Source of the DNA: Thermoplasmatota archaeon
Lineage (GTDB): Archaea > Thermoplasmatota > E2 > DHVEG-1
Length of the DNA stretch: 64,000 nucleotides
Direction of reading: 5' to 3'
Assembly (NCBI GenBank): GCA_038884455.1
Contig: JAWABU010000004.1
Location: 906 to 64,905 of the forward strand
Positions 21,033 to 30,014 of this stretch are shown here, one piece after another. Each line of letters begins with the position of its first letter. Positions within the stretch are counted from its first letter, which is position 1. The notes beneath the pieces are model-generated. The model ran no database searches. It was given only the letters and a program-made list of their open reading frames with translations, and was not told the origin of the DNA. Position numbers and translations under genes: made by a program.

Positions 21033-21941
21033 TTATCTGTTGAGTTCTCGCATGATATGAACTGAGCCGGTTACGATTCCTTGATCATTGATAATAGGTG
21101 ATGCTGATATTTGGAGTTTTTTACCGAGATGCTCATCAAAGAATTCCACGGTGATTGGTTTTTTGAGTTGTTGTACTTGTTGGCAAGGACAAGGTTGATG
21201 AACGTGGTTTGTTCCATGGAGAAGTGTATAGCATTTTTTTCCAATGCATTGGTCTGGTGAGAGGTTGAAAAAATCGGCAAATGATTTGTTTGCGCGGATG
21301 ATGGTGTTTTCGGCGTCATGGATTGAGATCATTTCGTTGACTGAGTTAAAAGTTGTTTCCCATTCATGGATGACTTGTCTCAGTTTTTTTTCAGTGTTTT
21401 TTCGTTCGGTGATGTCTTCAATGATCAGTGTTACTCCAGGTTCTCCATCGTCGAAGGTTGTTGGGATGTATTTCATGTTGAGATAGAATTTTTGTTGATT
21501 GGTTGCAAATTCGATTTCTGTAGTTGTATCAGAGCCGTCGAGTGCTTTTTGGACGTTGGTGGTGAAGTCAGTAATTTGAAAGAGTGGTATGAGAAGTGTA
21601 TCGATGGTTTTCCCGATGATGTCGTTTCGTGATGTTTTGAGAAATTCGAGGAGGTTTTCATTGATTTGGATGATTCTGTGGTCTTTGTCAATGAGCAGGA
21701 CGTAGTCGAGGGTGAAATTGAGTACTGCTGAAAGTGGTACTCGTCTGCTCGGGAAAAATACTTTTGCTGGGCCGAACGTGACCATTTCTGCATGGCCTGA
21801 GATAAGGAGGATGTCGAGGTATTTGGCAACTGAGTTGCGGTTAATGTTGATTTCTCGAGCGATGTCGGTAACGGTCATTCCTCGAGGATTGCTTTTGAGA
21901 ATGGTCCGTATTTGGGTGAGCTCTTTTTGGTAACTTTCCAC
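21033..21941 (-). CDS. One-component regulator: N-terminal wHTH plus two PAS domains
   Basis: PRGMTVTDIAREININRNSVAKYLDIL; PAS motifs DITERK and IGKKCY. Confidence 0.85.
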   Translation of the reverse strand: MESYQKELTQIRTILKSNPRGMTVTDIAREININRNSVAKYLDILLISGHAEMVTFGPAKVFFPSRRVPLSAVLNFTLDYVLLIDKDHRIIQINENLLEFLKTSRNDIIGKTIDTLLIPLFQITDFTTNVQKALDGSDTTTEIEFATNQQKFYLNMKYIPTTFDDGEPGVTLIIEDITERKNTEKKLRQVIHEWETTFNSVNEMISIHDAENTIIRANKSFADFFNLSPDQCIGKKCYTLLHGTNHVHQPCPCQQVQQLKKPITVEFFDEHLGKKLQISASPIINDQGIVTGSVHIMRELNR

Positions 21942-22073
21942 AGAGGCACATGGGTTGTACGATATTTATGCATTTCGCTTTTGCCATGCAATTAAAGAAA
22001 AGTTTATATACTATATTATGCATTATAGTATTGCCTTGCATAATCGCATGGCGAAATGGTGAAGGGAAAAGAT

Positions 22074-22370
22074 ATGAAGAATCGTAACTCAGAACAACGA
22101 GTTTCGTCATCTTCGCGTACACAACACATCTCATCTACACATAACCCACAATATCATCTTCAACAAACGGGGGAGGTTGCCCACCATCATCCATCGCATC
22201 CTACAGAAGTTTCACACTTCTGTCTTCTCCCACACCGCTTCATCCTCCTCCATTCTCGGTATCAAAATGGACTGCCACCATCGTTTCCATTCCTCCTCAT
22301 CGGAACAGTAGGTACCTCTCGAAGATTATTTTCACGCATCCCATCTCCTTTTTTTTTAACCATCTCTTAA
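22074..22370 (+). CDS. Possible small His/Ser/Pro-rich ORF, or structured RNA, divergent from the PAS regulator
   Basis: BRE/TATA-like GAAAAGTTTATATA near 21997, then GAAGGGA RBS and ATG 22074. Low complexity, no family recognised. Confidence 0.3.
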   Translation: MKNRNSEQRVSSSSRTQHISSTHNPQYHLQQTGEVAHHHPSHPTEVSHFCLLPHRFILLHSRYQNGLPPSFPFLLIGTVGTSRRLFSRIPSPFFLTIS

Positions 22371-22410
22371 GAGAGGTACCCATCCCATCCTTCTTTCAAC
22401 AAATGCATCT

Positions 22411-23421
22411 TCACCAAAAATGACAGTACTCCATGATCTGAGTCTCATTTACCGATTCTTGTTGATCGGCAATTGAAATCGTACCAGTAACCAACATATG
22501 AAACCGCCAATACCGAAGCATTCCAAGCATATGAAAATCAATTGATTGCACAGAAAAACGAACAGCAACATCGATATCATCCTCATGAATTTCAAACATA
22601 GATTCAAGAGGAATCAATTTTCCATGATGATACTGATACTGAATGTGAGTAAGCTTGATATTTTCACGGTGAATGCTGGTGTAATTCAGAGTATCGCGAT
22701 TAATCATAACAAGGAAAAAATCTTCGCACCATCTGTTTTTCATATTTTGTGAAAAAATAATTGAAAAATGTGTCGATGAGAATTTTCCCCAAAACCAACT
22801 CTTATGAAAACGACGAACGTCAAACCCACGTTCTTGGTACCCTACTCCTTTAACCATGAAAATTGTATCATCCCATTGAAGTGTCCCAACAACCACAGCT
22901 CGTGGTACAGGACACCCCCAAATACCATGACCGGTGTATCCTTTCCAGCCCTGTATTTGACTAATAAATATGAGATTTGCAGATACTGTTTTAATTGACA
23001 GGTTGAGAGATACACAGAGATGGTTCTCAGCATCATAAAAGGTGCTGAGCAGTTCTTTTCCCTGCAGTTGTAATCGAGGTTCTGCTGGTGAAAACTGCAT
23101 CATCCTGAGAGGAATAACACGATGCAATCGTGCTACAATCGTAGCATGATCATACAAACTAATTCTAAGGAGGAAAAATCCTGTTTTTCCTTGGGTTCCT
23201 ATAGAAAGGATTCCGACATGGATGCTGTAGTTGTTAGTGAACAACGCATCAAAGTACCACCATTGCAGTGACCAGTACGACGTAATGTTATATGCATTAT
23301 CGAGAAGTGTGATATCTGTTGGTTCGTACCATCTCGGATCGTTGCTTTTCACTGCCGGTATTTGAAAAAGGGCTACCCCTACAGTGAGAATCATGCATAT
23401 AGAACATATAGTTTTCTTCAT
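22411..23421 (-). CDS. Secreted AttH/CrtC/tocopherol-cyclase-like beta-barrel protein
   Basis: Signal peptide; QWWYFDA, GVGYQE and WFWGK motifs. Confidence 0.6.
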   Translation of the reverse strand: MKKTICSICMILTVGVALFQIPAVKSNDPRWYEPTDITLLDNAYNITSYWSLQWWYFDALFTNNYSIHVGILSIGTQGKTGFFLLRISLYDHATIVARLHRVIPLRMMQFSPAEPRLQLQGKELLSTFYDAENHLCVSLNLSIKTVSANLIFISQIQGWKGYTGHGIWGCPVPRAVVVGTLQWDDTIFMVKGVGYQERGFDVRRFHKSWFWGKFSSTHFSIIFSQNMKNRWCEDFFLVMINRDTLNYTSIHRENIKLTHIQYQYHHGKLIPLESMFEIHEDDIDVAVRFSVQSIDFHMLGMLRYWRFHMLVTGTISIADQQESVNETQIMEYCHFW

Positions 23422-23538
23422 GGGTTTTATTAATATATAAAACATCAATATTTATATAACTTTAGTAATAAGCGAATCCAAAACCTTTATAGAGATACAT
23501 TTATAAAATTAGACTGCTTATTATATATCCATGAAACC

Positions 23539-24864
23539 ATGAAACATATTCAAAAAACACAGATAACATCAAGTATTATTGTCTTCTGCTTTTTCGTTTC
23601 AGTACTACCTGCTGTTTCCTCTTCTTTTATCGGCGCACCACAATCACCGGGTGTTTCTCAGGATTCTACTCATCTCTCAACGGATTTATATAACCCAAAA
23701 GTTGCTGCAGCACTCAGTCAAATCACTGAGGGTCGTCTTCGTGAGATTCTTACAGTGCTTGTTGGTTTTTCTCCACGGTTTACAGGAACCTATGGATGCG
23801 AACAAGCAGCAAACTATATCTATGATTTTTTTCAGAGTAACCATCTTCAAACGCGGTACCACAACTGGAGCTCATGGGGGAACGAGTATCATCGACGGTT
23901 TTTTTCCAGCAGAAACATCGAAGCAACCATCCCTGGAACAGACAAGAAGAATACTGTTCTTTTGTTCAGTGCACACTATGATGGTGTGAAAAGTGCTCCT
24001 GCAGCTAATGATGATGGCAGCGGTACGGCGGCAGTTCTTCTTTCAGCTGCAGTTTTGAATCAATTTAGTTTTAACCATACTTTGAAGTTTGTAGCTTTTT
24101 CTGGTGAAGAAATTGGTTTGCTAGGTAGTCACGCTTATGCAAAAGAATCCTATGAAAATCATGAGAACATTTTGTTGAATATCAATGCAGATATGATTGG
24201 TCATGCCGAAACCAGTGAAGGCGGGAGCAGAATGGGTATTTCTTCATCAGAAGATCTAGCTTGGCTTTTTGATATTGCTGATAGTCTTTGTAGTATCTAT
24301 GATATTGATTTGACGATAAGTCGTGGTAGTATCAATCGTGATGGTCGCGGCTGGAGCGATTATTTTTCTTTTATTGAATACGGCTATGAGGCATTTGCCT
24401 GTTGGGGCGGAGAACATGATCCAAATATGCATACTTCAAAGGATGACCTAAACAATGTAAATTTTTCCTATCTTGTAAAAACCACTCGTTTGATTACAGC
24501 ACTGCTTGGAACACTGGCTGATTACGAGGATTTTTACCCCCAAGTGACAATTGCATCACCTCGAATTGGAAAGCTCTACATTGAAGGAAGAGAAAAACGT
24601 AGCATCGGTGATCTCAAAACTATAGTTCTTAATGATATCTGGATTTGGGCTGATGTTCGCTATGCTTCAGTGCCGATTCTCCGCGCTGAGTTTTATCTCG
24701 ATGATCGTCTCATGTATACTGATACGCAGGTCCCGTTCTCTTGGCAGTTCAATAAATTTTCAGTGGGGACCCACCGAGTGACGATACTTGTGTATGATGA
24801 ACTGGGGAGAAAATCTTCTGAGTATCGAGATATTCGTTTCATTAATCTTTTACTTAAAAAATAG
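23539..24864 (+). CDS. Secreted M28 family metallopeptidase with C-terminal Ig-like domain
   Basis: SAHYDG, AANDDGSG, FSGEEIGLLGS, NADMIG, SDYFSF and HTSKD. Confidence 0.9.
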   Translation: MKHIQKTQITSSIIVFCFFVSVLPAVSSSFIGAPQSPGVSQDSTHLSTDLYNPKVAAALSQITEGRLREILTVLVGFSPRFTGTYGCEQAANYIYDFFQSNHLQTRYHNWSSWGNEYHRRFFSSRNIEATIPGTDKKNTVLLFSAHYDGVKSAPAANDDGSGTAAVLLSAAVLNQFSFNHTLKFVAFSGEEIGLLGSHAYAKESYENHENILLNINADMIGHAETSEGGSRMGISSSEDLAWLFDIADSLCSIYDIDLTISRGSINRDGRGWSDYFSFIEYGYEAFACWGGEHDPNMHTSKDDLNNVNFSYLVKTTRLITALLGTLADYEDFYPQVTIASPRIGKLYIEGREKRSIGDLKTIVLNDIWIWADVRYASVPILRAEFYLDDRLMYTDTQVPFSWQFNKFSVGTHRVTILVYDELGRKSSEYRDIRFINLLLKK

Positions 24865-24952
24865 GTTTTTCTGGGAGGAATATTTAAAAACCGGTTTGAT
24901 TTCTCCATTTGTACACTGCATCCTATTTTTGATGAAGGGAGAAAAGAAGAGT

Positions 24953-25966
24953 ATGAACAAGAGCAGGAAGATACTATCATATATGGAGGTATTCGTCATT
25001 TTGTTTTCAATGGGTTCCATGGTTCTCATTTCGTTTGATAGCCATGCACTACAGATTGGACCCGAAATAACAATTACCACTGATCAGCTAGAATATTATC
25101 CTGGTGAGCAGGTTTCCATTTCTGGTCGTATACTCAATGATGGTCAAGGAGTCCCCTCATCTCCTCTCTGTGTACACGTGAACGATTCTGAAGAAAACAT
25201 GATTTTTGGTACCTGCGGACTGTCAAATAATTATGGAAATTATACATTTACTTTTTCATTAGACGAATATGCACTGCTTGGTACCTATCATGCAGAAGCA
25301 CACTCATATCAGTTTGATATTAAAACGACAACTTCCTTTGAGGTCGTATCAACTGTAGTGATAGTTGAGATATCAGGACCTTGTAACGGTGTCACAGGTG
25401 TTCCTGTATCGTTCTTCGGCTCGGCAACTGGTGGCAAAAAACCGTATAGCTGGCTGTGGAATTTTGGAGATCAGCAGATCTCCGCTGAACAAAACCCACA
25501 TCATATCTATTCAACTCCTGGAAATTACACGGTTGTTCTCACAGTTACCGATACAGATGGTCATACCGGTACCGATCTGCTACTAATCACAATTCTACCT
25601 GGTGAAAATCAGACACCAAATCAGCCTATGATCTCGGGTCCGTCATCCGGAAAAATAAAAACTGAATATACCTACAATCTTTCAGCAGTTGATCCCGACG
25701 GAGATCAAGTGTATTTTTGGATTGAATGGTGTGAAAATTGTGTTGAGCCACAGTGGATTGGGCCATATGATTCTGGCGAAATCGTACCGGTACAGCACGC
25801 CTGGGAAAAGAAAGGAATGTATACCATCAGGTTGAAGGCAAAAGATACCATGGGTGCTGAGAGTGCATGGACAACGTTTGAAGTGAGCATGCCGAAGGAA
25901 AACCGTATCTTCCGCAGTATGTTTTTCTGGTTCTTGAAAAGTCGTTTTCCTCGTTTTTTTGGGTGA
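24953..25966 (+). CDS. Secreted PKD/Ig-domain surface protein
   Basis: MG2-like TDQLEYYPGEQV; PKD motif WNFGDQQISAEQNPHHIYSTPGNYTVVLTVTD; DPDGDQVYFWIEW. Confidence 0.8.
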   Translation: MNKSRKILSYMEVFVILFSMGSMVLISFDSHALQIGPEITITTDQLEYYPGEQVSISGRILNDGQGVPSSPLCVHVNDSEENMIFGTCGLSNNYGNYTFTFSLDEYALLGTYHAEAHSYQFDIKTTTSFEVVSTVVIVEISGPCNGVTGVPVSFFGSATGGKKPYSWLWNFGDQQISAEQNPHHIYSTPGNYTVVLTVTDTDGHTGTDLLLITILPGENQTPNQPMISGPSSGKIKTEYTYNLSAVDPDGDQVYFWIEWCENCVEPQWIGPYDSGEIVPVQHAWEKKGMYTIRLKAKDTMGAESAWTTFEVSMPKENRIFRSMFFWFLKSRFPRFFG

Positions 25967-26063
25967 TTATACACTTTGTTGGTCGTATGACATGCCTTTC
26001 AATGTGCGATTTGTAGACATCCTATTCTTTTTTATTCTTTAAACCTATCTCTGTGTTGGTAGT

Positions 26064-28058
26064 ATGCAACGTGGGCTCTCAGCATTTGACCTCATGGTCG
26101 TCGTTCATGATCTTCAAAATAGTATTGGTAGCTATATTGAAAATATCTATCAGATAAGCCGTGATGAGATTCTGATCAAGATCACAAATAAAAATACGCA
26201 TGAAAAAGAAATCATTTTCATTAGAAATGAAGAACTTATCTGCATCACACAACAGAAATTCAACGTTCCTGAAAAACCATCAGTATTTGCGATGACGCTT
26301 CGGAAATATCTACAAAATGGGCGCATCACCAACATAACGCAACATATGTTTGATCGGATCATTTTTATTTCCATTGGTCGTGCTGATGGGGAATACACCT
26401 TAGTTGTTGAGTTAATCCCTAAGGGGAACATTATTCTGCTCAATTCAGAGTCAGTTATTCTTGCCTCGTTGATTCGTCAGCAATGGGCCCATCGAACCAT
26501 AAAAATACATGAAAAATATGTACTGCCGCCCTCGCAGATAAACCCTTTCGAACTATCGTATCAAGTATTTGCAGATCTTCTTAAAAGAAGTACGAAGGAT
26601 CTTGTTCGTTTTTTTGCTGTGAATCTGAATTTCGGTGGAGCCTATGCTGAGGAGTTATTATCGCGTATCGGTATGGATAAAACCATAAAACCTCACAATC
26701 TTTCTGAAGTAGATATTCAAAAACTTTTTGACGCCATGCAACAATTTTTAGACATCTTCCGCCAGAAACAATTTGAACCATATCAAGTTCGGAGAGATTC
26801 TGCGATTGTCGATGTGATCCCAATATTGTTTAAAAGCTACGCTGCTGAAAATTTAGAACTCTGTGGATGTTTCATTTCAGGCCTTGAAGCGCTGATTAGT
26901 CAAAGAAAACAAACTAAAAAAACAATAGCGACTTCTCTAGTAAAAAGAGAGGCGCTCCATCGGCAATTGCGACAACAGCAAGAATCAATTCAAGAATTTC
27001 AAAAAAGGATGCTAGAAAAACAAAAAGAAGGAGAGCTAATCTATCATTATCAGCAAGCTCTTGATCAAATTCTTACTACAGCGGTTGATGTTCTTAAACA
27101 AAAAGATAAAACCGAAGGTCTTGGACTTCTTAAAAAACATCAGATGGTTTCTGATGTCAATTTTGAGAATCAAACGATAACCGTCCTTCTTCGTGATACT
27201 GATAATACTGAATATCAAGTGATTTTAGATATCTATAAAAGCGTATCTGAGAATGCGCAAAATGCGTATGCTGAACGTAAAAAACTCTCAGAAAAAATTA
27301 AAGGTGCACTTGAAGCTGTTGAACAAACAAAAGCTGAACTAGCCAATCTTGAAAAACACATGCAACAAGAGGAACGAGAACAACATCGAGCGATCAGCAC
27401 AGAGAAAAAATCTGAAAAAACGTATTGGTTTGAACAGTTCCGCTGGTTTATCACTTCTGAAGGCAATGTAGTTGTCGGTGGAAAAGATGCAAAATCTAAT
27501 GAACTTGTGGTTAAAAAATATCTTCGCGATGGTGATCGGTATGTTCATGCCGATGTTCATGGAGCGCCCAGTGTTATTGTAAAAACAAAAAATATCCATG
27601 ATGAACACCTATCAATTTCTGAGAAAAGCCTTGAGGAAGCATGTATATATGCTGCTTCATTCTCAAAAGCATGGAATCAGTTTGCTGAAGCACAAGCATA
27701 CTGGGTGCATCCTGAGCAGGTGAGTAAAACACCGCAGAGTGGTGAATATGTTCCGAAAGGTGGTTTTATTATCCGGGGGAAACGGAATTACCAGCGGTGT
27801 ACGCTTGAACTTGCCGTGGGAAAAATCAATCTCGATGGTATCGAAAAACTCATGTGTGGACCCGAGCGTGCTGTACAAGCATATACTGATCGGTATCTTG
27901 TTGTGGTTCCGGGTGGCATGAAAAAGGCGATTGTGGCAAAAATCATAGCACGGACGTTTGCTGTATCTGTGGAATCAGTTGAGCAGATTCTTCCTCCGGG
28001 TAATATGCAGATCAGTCGCAGCGTTGGTCTGACCGTTGAAGAAGGTGATTACCCGTGA
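26064..28058 (+). CDS. rqc2: Ribosome quality control factor Rqc2/NEMF (NFACT family)
   Basis: FAMTLRKYL, FDRII, VELIPKGNIIL, coiled coil, WFEQFRWF, GGKDAKSNE, HADVHGAP, VSKTPQSGEYVPKGGFIIRG. Confidence 0.9.
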   Translation: MQRGLSAFDLMVVVHDLQNSIGSYIENIYQISRDEILIKITNKNTHEKEIIFIRNEELICITQQKFNVPEKPSVFAMTLRKYLQNGRITNITQHMFDRIIFISIGRADGEYTLVVELIPKGNIILLNSESVILASLIRQQWAHRTIKIHEKYVLPPSQINPFELSYQVFADLLKRSTKDLVRFFAVNLNFGGAYAEELLSRIGMDKTIKPHNLSEVDIQKLFDAMQQFLDIFRQKQFEPYQVRRDSAIVDVIPILFKSYAAENLELCGCFISGLEALISQRKQTKKTIATSLVKREALHRQLRQQQESIQEFQKRMLEKQKEGELIYHYQQALDQILTTAVDVLKQKDKTEGLGLLKKHQMVSDVNFENQTITVLLRDTDNTEYQVILDIYKSVSENAQNAYAERKKLSEKIKGALEAVEQTKAELANLEKHMQQEEREQHRAISTEKKSEKTYWFEQFRWFITSEGNVVVGGKDAKSNELVVKKYLRDGDRYVHADVHGAPSVIVKTKNIHDEHLSISEKSLEEACIYAASFSKAWNQFAEAQAYWVHPEQVSKTPQSGEYVPKGGFIIRGKRNYQRCTLELAVGKINLDGIEKLMCGPERAVQAYTDRYLVVVPGGMKKAIVAKIIARTFAVSVESVEQILPPGNMQISRSVGLTVEEGDYP

Positions 28059-29098
28059 AAATCGTTTTTCAGGATCATAAAACCGGTGAACTGAAAATAA
28101 TCGCTGAAAATCTTGATGATCTCTGGCATTTGTATCATATCATTGAGGAAGGAGATTTGGTTCGTGGAGTCACATTTCGTACTGATGAACAGCCGGGTGA
28201 TAAACTTCGATCGAAAAAACCTGAGAAAAAAAGAATGAAGCTCGGCATCCGGGTTGAAAAGGTTCAGTTCCATGAGTTTTCTGATCGGCTTCGAATCCAA
28301 GGAGTTATTGAGGAAGGACCGCAGGATATAGGTTCGTATCACACGTTCAATATTGATGCCGAGAGTATGGAAGCGTTTTCGATTGTGAAGGATCAATGGA
28401 AGGAGCATCAGCTGGAACGCATTAATGAGGCGGTGAAGCAGCGCATGCAGCCAGTTCTTGTTTTTGTAAGTCTTGATGAAGATACTGCAACCGTTGCGAT
28501 TCTTCGGCAGAGTGGCGTGCAGTGGATTGCTGATGTTGATTCGAAACGATCTGGGAAGATGTATGAAAGTAAGGAAACAAGCTATGAGTATTTTGGTGAC
28601 ATTGTTGGTATTCTGAAAACCTATGTGACTAAAGAAACACCTCTCGTGGTGATTGGTCCTGGTTTTACTCGCGAACATTTTATAGCATTTGGTAAATCCA
28701 AGTATGCTGAGTTGTTTTCAAATGTTCAGACACATGCAACAAGTCATCCTGGAATGAATGGTATTCATGAGGCGTTAAAACTTGGTGTAGTTGAGCAGAT
28801 CACTAAGGATAATCGGGTGTCACTTGAGACACGTCTGGTTGAGAAACTTTTTGAGGAGATTAAAAAAGATGGATGTGTAACATATGGTGCTGCGGAGGTT
28901 GAGGATGCCTTGCATCGAGGTGCAGTTGAGCGATTGTTAATTTCCGATGTTTTTGTTCGCAGTAAGAAAGGAGAACAACTGTTAGAGCTTGCTCGGCAGA
29001 CCCGGAGTGATTTCACCATTATCAATTCATTACATGAAGCTGGGAGAAAATTTGAACATCTCGGTGGTGTTGCAGCGTTACTAAGGTTTAAAATTTAA
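28055..29098 (+). CDS. pelA: mRNA surveillance protein pelota (aDom34)
   Basis: ENLDDLWHLYHII, RLRIQG, GSYHT, GPGF, YG..EV and LGGVAALLRF. Confidence 0.95.
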   Translation: MKIVFQDHKTGELKIIAENLDDLWHLYHIIEEGDLVRGVTFRTDEQPGDKLRSKKPEKKRMKLGIRVEKVQFHEFSDRLRIQGVIEEGPQDIGSYHTFNIDAESMEAFSIVKDQWKEHQLERINEAVKQRMQPVLVFVSLDEDTATVAILRQSGVQWIADVDSKRSGKMYESKETSYEYFGDIVGILKTYVTKETPLVVIGPGFTREHFIAFGKSKYAELFSNVQTHATSHPGMNGIHEALKLGVVEQITKDNRVSLETRLVEKLFEEIKKDGCVTYGAAEVEDALHRGAVERLLISDVFVRSKKGEQLLELARQTRSDFTIINSLHEAGRKFEHLGGVAALLRFKI

Positions 29099-29116
29099 AT
29101 AAAAAAGATTTCGTTT

Positions 29117-29857
29117 TTAGATGTATCTGCTGCAGCCTGTTTTGAGAATCATCGAAAGATACGGAGGTTCCCAAGTATCATCCGTGTTGTAGGTATTTTG
29201 ATGTGTGTTTTTTGTTTCTTCTTTCGTTTCGCTGATCAATGCGTTAAAGTAGGTGTAGGTTATTTTTACGTCGAAATCGTTTCCTTTATCTCTGAGGTAT
29301 TTGAAGAATCTGAAGATTTTTTCACCGGTTTGTACTTTGACGTTAATAGTGAATGTTTCATCAGCGGTTTTATAGTAGTCTGCTTTGATGGCATCTTCTG
29401 CATCTGAGAGCGTTGATGCTTGTATAGTTGTAATCGTTGGAAGTGTGTTCATTCGGAACGTCAGAGTCATGGTACCGTTACCGGTTTGTTTTTCGGTTTT
29501 GGTTTGACCTTTTCCGGTTACATCAACCGTGAGGGTATCTAATCCTTTTTTCCTGAGGAGTCCATAGGTGTGATCATCAGTCCAGGAAAGCTCAATTGTT
29601 ACTTCGAGGAGGTTGTCTTGGGTAAGTGTAATTTCTTTGGAGTATGGTTTGTTTTTGCTCGTATAGAGCTCGTCGTTGAGCTGGTATGTCCCTGAAGAAG
29701 TCTGCCAGGCGACCTGGTATGTGGTTTCACCAGGTGGTGTATGTTCATTGTTTGTTTTCTCTGGTGGGACGTACACAGCGATACCGACACCGGCAATAAC
29801 AAGAACCAATACGCCGATAATAATAACTATTTTATCGTTTTTCTTTAAACTGACCAT
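29117..29857 (-). CDS. Membrane-anchored hypothetical protein
   Basis: N-terminal TM helix followed by a Thr-rich beta domain. AGGTGA RBS. Confidence 0.7.
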   Translation of the reverse strand: MVSLKKNDKIVIIIGVLVLVIAGVGIAVYVPPEKTNNEHTPPGETTYQVAWQTSSGTYQLNDELYTSKNKPYSKEITLTQDNLLEVTIELSWTDDHTYGLLRKKGLDTLTVDVTGKGQTKTEKQTGNGTMTLTFRMNTLPTITTIQASTLSDAEDAIKADYYKTADETFTINVKVQTGEKIFRFFKYLRDKGNDFDVKITYTYFNALISETKEETKNTHQNTYNTDDTWEPPYLSMILKTGCSRYI

Positions 29858-30014
29858 AGTGATGTCACCTTACACGTTTGTTCAGAATGCAAGATATTTA
29901 TATATTTCTGCAGTATATTAGTATGCTTCCTGGTTTATTAAATTTTTCCATTATTTATATATTTTTATCTTTTTAATAATTATCCTGAGGGAGATGTTCC
30001 CACGGCTCTTGGTT

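Noticed and set aside
28049..28678. 209-aa antisense ORF, and similar antisense ORFs at 15142-15693, 34828-35349 and 59769-60239
   Set aside because: They lie opposite well-supported genes (pelota, transposase, dus, ybjQ) and show no recognisable motifs.
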